Shown here in pieces: positions 57,701 through 64,000 of a stretch of 64,000 nucleotides of DNA. The notes below the pieces were generated by a model. That model was not told where the DNA came from. It saw only the letters and a program-made list of their open reading frames with translations, and did not search any database. Positions within the stretch are counted from its first letter, which is position 1. Every line of letters starts with the position of its first letter. A program made the translations under genes and the position numbers. The DNA comes from a virus. The stretch lies in the IMG/VR virus record IMGVR_UViG_3300026488_000012, positions 1 through 64,000 of that record. One strand, 5' to 3'.

Positions 57701-58095
57701 ATAGTAAAACCACCAGCTATACAACCCTTTATATATGTTATATGTTCAGGATACTTAGAGACAAGATTATCGTAAAAATTACCAAATGTTTTAAGTTCCT
57801 TAGCTAGAATTTCATACTCATTAACTAAATCGGGGGTAAGTATCATCTCTTTTTGTATGTCTGGTACATAAACCATAACAGGTACATCCCTATCGTAGTG
57901 AATACCAGCTAAATTTAAACAATAACGATTACCATAACAATCTAAGACATTCTCTCTAAATAACTTCCATTGTACGATTCTACTAAGAGTAGCTAACGTA
58001 TCAAGTTTGATATGTATAGACTTAGATATTCGAATAGAACGTTTAATATATTCAGTCAGACTCATTTTTTCTAATTTAACAGAATTATCAATCAT
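54769..58095 (-). CDS. Virion structural protein (phiKZ gp128-like) with extended repetitive C-terminus
   Basis: 1108 aa, divergent from the portal; Y.LNLAGI.Y.RD and LYG...YIK.N.GK...L..L motifs; C-terminal duplicated ASGYDPNxDIV unit. Confidence 0.6.
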   Translation of the reverse strand: MIDNSVKLEKMSLTEYIKRSIRISKSIHIKLDTLATLSRIVQWKLFRENVLDCYGNRYCLNLAGIHYDRDVPVMVYVPDIQKEMILTPDLVNEYEILAKELKTFGNFYDNLVSKYPEHITYIKGCIAGGFTIDKIIESNNGEILWYNNELFNSDNKLVMHNVQNFIYDFLKRYDNDKYVIDELYPAGLVSNLYSVLPAVILTEKLKYVLTSNADDFHILQYFRSYKFMDEDITVLDRKTLTWLYGALSYIKTNIGKNEVLDMLLDKVFNDTGLGIGKTLVVKSRPIATTVEYNSNTYISYDRKTLIERVKANDKYSISLARKETFEDILEKEYSQGYLNDYNKVTSISMEADEKFRFSIPTQETSKVLEIDKLILLITDDVNKFTYFINSLIYEINNDSNGSYLMFHNPSDGIVYNLNSRQVFALLLKLMFNIYYNKETNPTIGNLYYTNILDVKKAKNYEFEPLPFTGNSLKDIVNEITNDFKNLPKDITTLERFNKYFDISFKVMDKFWFYLSNVNDVLYSMDLMYLFNSFFISGNVDLVNGLKLSDLEKLVNFPNMDIAEPYYKYTFKKLIETIIGRNIYDFDLFNSKIAQLINIFKKTNGYTVQILLDNKIPYTITGEYQTLKPSTGMSCFASVMDSDIRLYDKVDKRLYNRFIKISDKVISKNSLYTFSIYGNYRLKLQNIQGRNMIDTGICFTNFGNRLPDFYKPIFNKTTYIPKYDIDEYEVDNTKKILERPVTIRSTGDEITTGVLSKSDSTVYKADNGDLDVYSPLTTGYITSLYKPPIYITDEEIGEHIKSDKVYSETRPVIPKLLQLNELTESVVTEYSSYYRLPKIFSPETNLVTNYGDTINENESTRQVDVTEFRKLKIDSTDEYLSTNIYLNKGINPPSPYKPGIVKDSPKIDVQDGIDRTITRVKPETLNIVSDNDNITTYIEKQVTDDILPAGYSPSASGYDPNDDIVIDNLSNIGYELPKRLIIGEVDEVSELYIGYNDNRSLKHLTPDIIYPGNVNMDISQTNKDIDIKTIPPEKLHITKNNEITDTYQSGNTEVIPENHKPDASGYDPNEDIVQDKTTNMPIADNIDTPTIHVNPDDEVNDIPIIHIQT

Positions 58096-58175
58096 AACTA
58101 GTCCTTATACGTTAATTTCAAGCTAAACCATTACCTGATTAACCGGAATTAATTTATATAGAAAGGAGAATAAAA

Positions 58176-60713
58176 ATGGGTAAAAAATTAGTACCTGAAC
58201 ATATAGACGCTAAGAAAATATTGAGAGAACTCGATAAAAAAGAACCTATAAACGTAGACATAAGTGAGTTATATAGAATAGTATCAGATACTGAAGAAAA
58301 ACTAAATCTAAACGAAGATATATTTAATCTATTCCCTAACATAAGTTTAGCTATAGAAATTATGACAAGTAGTATAGTTTCTGCAAACACTATGATAGAT
58401 AGTGATTATAGTCTTACTCTTAAAACTAAAATACTACCTAATGAAGTTGTGAATAGCATTATGTCTTCTATTAAAGAACACGTGGATACACATTACAAGT
58501 TTAAGGATAAACTATACACTATAACAGAGGAGAGTATATTTACAAAAGGAGCATATATAGAATTGATTTTGCCTCCGGACATACTTGTAGATATACATAA
58601 GAAACTGACAAGAATGGAAAGAAAATTATCAGCTGGTGTTGAAGACGCGCTCTCATACTTCGATAATAAAGTAAGTAGTAAACTTATTGACTTTAGAAAG
58701 GCTAATAAAATAAGCACTGATTCTGAAAAAGAGTTAAAAGCATTAGGCCTTAATCCTGGATTATTAGACATTACTGAAAATTATGCATTATTAAACTCCG
58801 AGAAAGTCATTGAAGATTTTGTAAACTATAAAGATAAGAGTCTGAATAGATTATCAGAAGGATTAGAGGACTTTAAAATAATAGACCAGATGTTAACTAT
58901 AGACGAATACATAGAATTAGAAAATGAATACAGTAAAGCATTTGTTAAGAAATTAAATCCTAGTAATGTAATTCCTATAGCAGACATAGATGACCCATCT
59001 AAACACTATGGATATTTCTTAATCCTGAATTCAAATGGTAAACCTATAAACATAGACGACGAGAAGAGTTATGAAGATAAATTAAAAGAAATGTTCAGTA
59101 TAACTACGGAAAGTAGTACTAAAACTCCTGGTAGTAATATAATCAGTGAAGCTAAAAGGAATATATCTAGTAAAACTAAAAACACACCAGCTTTAAGCGG
59201 TGCTGTAAACATAATAAACAGATTATTAAGAGAGAAGATAGATAACGCTATTAAGCATAGTGTATTTAAAGATATGGTTAAATTTGATTTAGAACTAAAA
59301 GACGATATACTAATGGCTATATATGAAAAAATGAAAAGAGGAGATAAAGTTAAAATAGTGTTTGTTCCTAAGAGGTATATACAATATACAGCAGTAGACT
59401 ATAGAAGTAATGGTACAGGTAAATCAGTTATGGAGGATTTATCAGTATTAGCTAGTTTAAAAGCGATGTTGTTTCTAACAAGATTATCAGGGATGATAAA
59501 ATCGCATATAACTATCACAGAAGTTGATATAGAGTTAGACGAAGATGATCCTAACTATGAATTTACATTAAAGAAAATAATTAATCAGATAAAGAGAAGC
59601 AGACAAATGCAGCTACCTATAGGTATGCTAAAATTAGATAGTATGGTAGACTGGTTACATAATGTAGGATTTAAGTTTAATCCTAAACACCCCGGATTAG
59701 CAGATATAAAAGTAGAAATAAATGAGAAAAGATACGATCCTCCTAGCGATGATAATGGATTAGAAGAACTACTTGATAAATATATGATATTAAGATTAGG
59801 ATTAACGCCAGAGATAATTGATAACAGTTACAGTCCTGACTTTGCTACTACTATAGTAGCTAATAACTTACTACTGAATAGAAGAGTCTTAAAAAGACAG
59901 AATCAATTATCTCCACATCTAACAAACAATATAGTTAAATACGTAGAAAATGACCCTATCCTATATAACAAGATATTGTCTATACTAGAGTCTAACCTAC
60001 CTGAAATCAAAAAGAAATTAAAGAAAACTATTACAAACACTGAACTATCTAAAAAGATTTTACGTCTGAATAAGAAGTCACTGGTTAACTGGCTGTTTCA
60101 TACAGTTCTTAAAAATTTAGACTGTAGATTACCAAAACCTGAATTTAAAGACGAAGATATTCAAGGAGATATGTTCGAAGAATATGTAAGTAGGTTGGAT
60201 AAATTGTTAGATAACTTCTTAAACACAGATTTATTCACAGATGACTTAATAGGAGAGTTAGGAGAGAAAATAGAAAATCAAAAAGCAGTAATTAAAACTA
60301 TACTTCTTTATAAATGGTTAAGCGAGAATAGACCTATACCAGAACTTAACGATATGCTAAGCCTCGATGAAGATGGTAAACCTGTTTTAAAACTTAGTGA
60401 TGAGTATAAGAACTTAGTGGAAGTATTGAAAGAGAATATACTAGACCTATTAAAAGAGATGAATAAATTTAGAAAGAAAACAGATGAGAAAATAGAAAAA
60501 CTAGATGAAGAGTCGGATGAATATACAGATGAAGAAGACAACGGAGAGGAAAGTAATATAGAGGAACCGATAGGAGAAAACGAAAATAATGAAGAAGGAA
60601 ATAATGAAGAAGAAGGCGATGAAACAGGAGGAAGTGAAGAAGGTGAATCCGAAGAAGACGAGTCTGAAGAAGGTGAAAACCCTGAGGATGATTTAACAAA
60701 AGGATTATTTTAA
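58176..60713 (+). CDS. Portal protein (phiKZ gp129-like)
   Basis: 845 aa; IFNLFPNISLAIEIMTSSIVS, KKLNPSNVIP...HYGYFLIL, DYRSNGTGKS, IELDEDDP motifs; acidic C-terminal tail. Confidence 0.8.
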   Translation: MGKKLVPEHIDAKKILRELDKKEPINVDISELYRIVSDTEEKLNLNEDIFNLFPNISLAIEIMTSSIVSANTMIDSDYSLTLKTKILPNEVVNSIMSSIKEHVDTHYKFKDKLYTITEESIFTKGAYIELILPPDILVDIHKKLTRMERKLSAGVEDALSYFDNKVSSKLIDFRKANKISTDSEKELKALGLNPGLLDITENYALLNSEKVIEDFVNYKDKSLNRLSEGLEDFKIIDQMLTIDEYIELENEYSKAFVKKLNPSNVIPIADIDDPSKHYGYFLILNSNGKPINIDDEKSYEDKLKEMFSITTESSTKTPGSNIISEAKRNISSKTKNTPALSGAVNIINRLLREKIDNAIKHSVFKDMVKFDLELKDDILMAIYEKMKRGDKVKIVFVPKRYIQYTAVDYRSNGTGKSVMEDLSVLASLKAMLFLTRLSGMIKSHITITEVDIELDEDDPNYEFTLKKIINQIKRSRQMQLPIGMLKLDSMVDWLHNVGFKFNPKHPGLADIKVEINEKRYDPPSDDNGLEELLDKYMILRLGLTPEIIDNSYSPDFATTIVANNLLLNRRVLKRQNQLSPHLTNNIVKYVENDPILYNKILSILESNLPEIKKKLKKTITNTELSKKILRLNKKSLVNWLFHTVLKNLDCRLPKPEFKDEDIQGDMFEEYVSRLDKLLDNFLNTDLFTDDLIGELGEKIENQKAVIKTILLYKWLSENRPIPELNDMLSLDEDGKPVLKLSDEYKNLVEVLKENILDLLKEMNKFRKKTDEKIEKLDEESDEYTDEEDNGEESNIEEPIGENENNEEGNNEEEGDETGGSEEGESEEDESEEGENPEDDLTKGLF

Positions 60714-60714
60714 T

Positions 60715-60744
60715 ATATCTTACGGGTCGATGCCCGTAAGATAT
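60715..60744 (+). terminator. Terminator hairpin
   Basis: atatcttacggg/cccgtaagatat. Confidence 0.7.
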
Positions 60745-60768
60745 TTAATTTTCAAGTTTATATATTAT

Positions 60769-60786
60769 TATCTTACTAAATTGCAA
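60769..60786 (+). promoter_or_regulatory. Putative early promoter (18-nt motif)
   Basis: TATCTTACTAAATTGCAA preceded by TTTATATATT. Confidence 0.7.
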
Positions 60787-60842
60787 TAAAGCAGCGGGTA
60801 TAGACCCGGTAAAGAATTTAAATTTATTAAAAGGAGTAAACG

Positions 60843-61085
60843 ATGGTTAGTGCATATGTAGAACAATACACAATCGGAAAAAGAGGTTTAATGTTGATTT
60901 CTATGGATGGCGATATTATCATTTTCCATAGAGAGACTATCTCAAACTTGAAAATATACAAAACAGAAGAAGGTTTAGTATTCGAAATTAAAGATACAGT
61001 TGGAGATACATATAAGTTTGTTCTAGCTGACGGTGAACTTAACAATTCAGATGTTAAACTATTAAAAGAACTTTTAGTTCTTTAA
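60843..61085 (+). CDS. Small hypothetical early protein
   Basis: 80 aa, SD aaggag, beta-rich. Confidence 0.7.
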   Translation: MVSAYVEQYTIGKRGLMLISMDGDIIIFHRETISNLKIYKTEEGLVFEIKDTVGDTYKFVLADGELNNSDVKLLKELLVL

Positions 61086-61105
61086 CAAATAAAAAGGAGT
61101 AAAAA

Positions 61106-61771
61106 ATGAGCCCATATGGAAATAATAGTTTTGGAAATTTCACTAGACAACCTAACCAACAGCAGCAGTACCAAGGTCAACAACAAGGATTCCAGCAACA
61201 AGGATTCCAACAACAAGGATTTCAAAATTCTGGTTATCAACAACCACAATATAACCAAGTAAACCAGGGTGGAACTTTCGGTAATCAACAATTAACGCCA
61301 CAGCAAATGGCTATGTTGCAGCAACAGCTATTATTACAGCAAATGATGCAACAACAGGCTGCTATGAATACCCAGCCTATGACTAACATGGGGATGCAAA
61401 ACACAATGATGAATAACCCTATGACAAATAGTAGTGTAATGAATAACGCCATGGGTACAATGATGAACAACATGGTAAACCCTGGATTTAATAGCGTTAC
61501 GACGAACTCTACGAGTAGCATAGGTAGAAGAACATCGGGGTTTGCTAAACCGACTCAACAGCAAACTCAACAATCTACAAGTAGTTTCAATAACAAATTC
61601 AATTATAAAAAACAAGAAGAAAAATCTAAAGAAGAGCCTTTAGACTTTTCTAAGATGTCTCCTGAAGATGGACACGAATTTCCACCATACTACGACCCTG
61701 ATACACAAGTATTAAGGATAGTGGCTACTAGCAAAACTACATACAAATATGAAATAATAAACAAGAATTAG
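61106..61771 (+). CDS. Q/N/M-rich low-complexity (prion-like) protein with small folded C-terminus
   Basis: About 170 N-terminal residues dominated by Q/N/G/S/M/T/F; C-terminal FPPYYDPDTQVL; SD aaggag. Confidence 0.75.
   Translation: MSPYGNNSFGNFTRQPNQQQQYQGQQQGFQQQGFQQQGFQNSGYQQPQYNQVNQGGTFGNQQLTPQQMAMLQQQLLLQQMMQQQAAMNTQPMTNMGMQNTMMNNPMTNSSVMNNAMGTMMNNMVNPGFNSVTTNSTSSIGRRTSGFAKPTQQQTQQSTSSFNNKFNYKKQEEKSKEEPLDFSKMSPEDGHEFPPYYDPDTQVLRIVATSKTTYKYEIINKN
61178..61222 (+). repeat. 15-nt tandem repeat x3 encoding QQQGF
   Basis: caacaacaaggattc / cagcaacaaggattc / caacaacaaggattt. Confidence 0.85.
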
Positions 61772-61780
61772 GAGGTAAAT

Positions 61781-62515
61781 ATGAGTACTAAAACAAATGG
61801 AAAAAGAAAAGTAGAGTTGGATAACATTGTAGAAGATGAAATTCTAATAATAGAAGACCCTATAACAGAGCCTAATGCGTTAAAGGCTCTTGTTGACAAT
61901 TTAGATAAACCTTATATAACACATACTGTAAGGTTTGATGATGGAAAACAAATATCTAATAAAGATATAGTATTAATGAATGATATATTAAACACTAAAA
62001 TTACAGTAGATTCCAAAACCAAGAACATTATAGATAGTATACTAACTATGATAGTCAATAGGGAATTAAAGATGTCCACTAATGTCATAAGTATTGATTC
62101 CGTGGATAACGACTTAAAAGATTTGAGACACATAGAGGATGCCTTGTTGATGATGGGAATTAACAAATCTGTTAATTATCTACAACATTTATTAAAAATA
62201 AACGTAGATATCAAATTCAAACATACAGTAACTATCGTAGAAGAGGTTAATATTATCAGAACAGGAGTTAAAATAAAGATACCTCCTGAGTTAATAAATA
62301 CGCCTATGGATATAACGAGACATAGGATAATGATCGATTTGTTAAATGACTTAGGTATAGAAAATGACGATGAAATTCCATTAGTTAAAGATAAGTTAAA
62401 CTTGCTAATGGATGGAAATATGAACCTATTTATAATTAGTAGGAATATGCATAAAAGGATAGTAATTAAATTGTTTACCATTAGTGATTGTTATGTTGGT
62501 AAAATTATACAATAA
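61781..62515 (+). CDS. Hypothetical protein
   Basis: 244 aa, SD aggagg, same operon as the Q-rich gene. Confidence 0.7.
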   Translation: MSTKTNGKRKVELDNIVEDEILIIEDPITEPNALKALVDNLDKPYITHTVRFDDGKQISNKDIVLMNDILNTKITVDSKTKNIIDSILTMIVNRELKMSTNVISIDSVDNDLKDLRHIEDALLMMGINKSVNYLQHLLKINVDIKFKHTVTIVEEVNIIRTGVKIKIPPELINTPMDITRHRIMIDLLNDLGIENDDEIPLVKDKLNLLMDGNMNLFIISRNMHKRIVIKLFTISDCYVGKIIQ

Positions 62516-62545
62516 GACATAACCCGGGTATACGGGTTATGTCTT
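62514..62545 (+). terminator. Intrinsic terminator
   Basis: aagacataacccg/cgggttatgtctt followed by T-rich tract. Confidence 0.75.
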
Positions 62546-62591
62546 TTATTTTTTATATTTGTAATTTTTGAAATTAAAAGAAAAATGACTA

Positions 62592-62609
62592 TATATCGCT
62601 AAGATGTAA
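62592..62609 (+). promoter_or_regulatory. Putative early promoter (18-nt motif)
   Basis: TATATCGCTAAGATGTAA, ending 13 nt before structured leader copy 3. Confidence 0.6.
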
Positions 62610-62622
62610 TAAAACCGCAAGT

Positions 62623-62740
62623 CCTATCTGTCTAGTACTTATCTCCTGGTGTGGAAGGGGGAAGACACGACTAACCCCGTTGTCATATAGGGGGTCAGAA
62701 GTCTTCCCTGACGAAGGAGATTTAAGGAACGACAGATAGG
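62623..62740 (+). ncRNA. Structured 5' leader RNA, copy 3
   Basis: P1 cctatctgtc/gacagatagg; P2 atctcct/aggagat; P3 ggggaagac/gtcttccct; P4 gac-taa-cccc/gggg-gtc; loops UAGUAC, GGUGUGGAAG, GACGA, AGAA, GAAC. Confidence 0.75.
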
Positions 62741-62760
62741 CGGGCTACAAGGAGTCAGAA

Positions 62761-63609
62761 ATGACACAAATGAGTAGAGTAAATAAAATCGGAACACATA
62801 ATGGTGTTTTTCATGCAGACGAAATCACTGCAATTGCAGTGATTAAAATATTTACAGGTTCAAATCCTGAAATAATAAGAACCAGAGACAAAGACGTTCT
62901 TAACAATATCCTCCAAGAAGGAGGGATACTGATTGATGTTGGTGGTGAATATAACTTTGAGAAAGGGATATTCGACCATCACCATAGTAAGAATGGAGTA
63001 AATAACATGGCATCTGCTGGTATTATTGCAGATGCTCTGGGCATTACTGAAGAGAAATACCCATTATTGGTCTCATTAATCAGGGAAGTAGATGCTCAGG
63101 ACCTAGGCATTAAAAGAAATCCTGAGCATCACTTTTCAAATATAGTTAAATCGTTTAATGGATTAGCAGATAATCCATCTAATAACGATGATGCTTTTGA
63201 GAAAGCATTAGAGTTTGCAGTTAATTATATAACCACCCTTAAAAAACAAGACGAGCTAAACTTATTCTACAAAAAAGAAGTAGAAGAAACAGTAATAAAG
63301 GAAATAAACGGAATTAAGGTCGCAGTTCGTAGGAAAGATGATAAGTTTGTCCCAGCTGTAGAATTCACTGGAGAAGCCGATTTAGTACTAAGTTGGGACA
63401 AGCAACAGAACTGTTGGAGTCTCCAGGCAGTACCTCTAACCAAAGGAGACTTTAAAAGTAAATACAAAATTGTAAGTGCAGATAATCCGGTTTTCATCCA
63501 CCCGGCTGGATTCATTGCTAAAATAAAAGATACGGGCGAAGGTATCAAGTTTGAAGTTAAAGATGGAGATAGTAACAAAACCATCACCATCCCATATCCG
63601 GGAGGATAA
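62761..63609 (+). CDS. MYG1-family (UPF0160, DHH) exonuclease
   Basis: THNGVFHADE, RTRD, DVGG, FDHH, ASAG, D.QDLG, FIHPAGF: hallmark MYG1 motifs. Confidence 0.9.
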   Translation: MTQMSRVNKIGTHNGVFHADEITAIAVIKIFTGSNPEIIRTRDKDVLNNILQEGGILIDVGGEYNFEKGIFDHHHSKNGVNNMASAGIIADALGITEEKYPLLVSLIREVDAQDLGIKRNPEHHFSNIVKSFNGLADNPSNNDDAFEKALEFAVNYITTLKKQDELNLFYKKEVEETVIKEINGIKVAVRRKDDKFVPAVEFTGEADLVLSWDKQQNCWSLQAVPLTKGDFKSKYKIVSADNPVFIHPAGFIAKIKDTGEGIKFEVKDGDSNKTITIPYPGG

Positions 63610-63637
63610 TCCCCTTGACTCTTTTTTTTTTATTAAA

Positions 63638-63663
63638 ATAACAGAGATATATATCTCTGTTAT
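63638..63663 (-). terminator. Terminator (perfect 26-bp palindrome)
   Basis: ataacagagatat|atatctctgttat next to the stop of 63664-63972. Confidence 0.65.
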
Positions 63664-63972
63664 CTATTTTATTTTTATTAAAGATTCGTATATATCCTTA
63701 ATGTTGTTAATAGGTAAATGGACATAATTACTTATACTATTAACAGCTATATCTTCTGTAACTTCTTCTAAAACTTCTTCTGTATCAGGATTTTCCTCTT
63801 CTATCTCTTCTGTTTCCTCTTGTAATACTTCTTTAGGTATCTCGTAAGCAAACTTATTATCAGTTATGAGCTCTACTCTATCTTTAGAGAGATTTAATAT
63901 AAATAAATCTCTTTGGGTTATGTTAAGCTTATCACCTGTATCTAATTTTACTATATAAACAAAACATTTCAT
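63664..63972 (-). CDS. Hypothetical protein with acidic linker
   Basis: 102 aa, SD-like agga upstream. Confidence 0.65.
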   Translation of the reverse strand: MKCFVYIVKLDTGDKLNITQRDLFILNLSKDRVELITDNKFAYEIPKEVLQEETEEIEEENPDTEEVLEEVTEDIAVNSISNYVHLPINNIKDIYESLIKIK

Positions 63973-64000
63973 ATCCTGTCCTAATCTATATATCCTAGCT

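Noticed and set aside
60500-60713. Acidic low-complexity portal tail as a novelty
   Set aside because: Acidic C-terminal tails are usual in phiKZ-like portal proteins.
62623-62740. Leader RNA as a hammerhead ribozyme (CUGACGA...GAA resemblance)
   Set aside because: The bases after UGACGA pair back to the 5' strand instead of forming stem II, there is no three-way junction, and copies 1 and 2 read CGACGA.
1-64000. CRISPR array, tRNA or rRNA genes
   Set aside because: No regularly spaced direct repeats, cloverleaf with TTC-RA arm or rRNA-like segment was seen by eye; tRNAscan would be the decisive check.
1-64000. Stop-codon reassignment
   Set aside because: Core genes are full-length under the standard code, and TAA, TAG and TGA all end genes at terminator hairpins.

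Overview
AT-rich, densely coding 64-kb segment of a phiKZ-like, nucleus-forming jumbo phage (Chimalliviridae-like), standard genetic code. Recognisable genes: chimallin (6459-8258) next to the non-virion RNAP beta'-N subunit; three virion RNAP subunits; head maturation protease; portal; tail sheath and tube; tape-measure-like protein; central-spike-like protein; RNase H; SbcC/Rad50; RuvC-like resolvase; UvsX/RecA; a signal-peptide lytic transglycosylase; a two-component spanin (diderm host); MYG1-family nuclease; and CYTH-like and PcfJ-like accessory proteins. Family calls come from motif recognition and recall of phiKZ-like gene families, not from a database search. The most striking unexplained structure is a ~115-nt, covarying irregular hairpin in three divergent copies (1-117, 3116-3230, 62623-62740). 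Each copy lies directly upstream of the ribosome-binding site of an unrelated accessory gene, and both copies whose upstream sequence is visible follow an 18-nt putative early promoter. Its internal loops are near-invariant, including an AGUA/GAA loop-E motif. Also notable: an 18-nt promoter motif (10 copies), a strong internal in-frame start in chimallin, and a Q/N-rich FG/GF-motif protein. No tRNA, rRNA, CRISPR array, intron or intein was seen.
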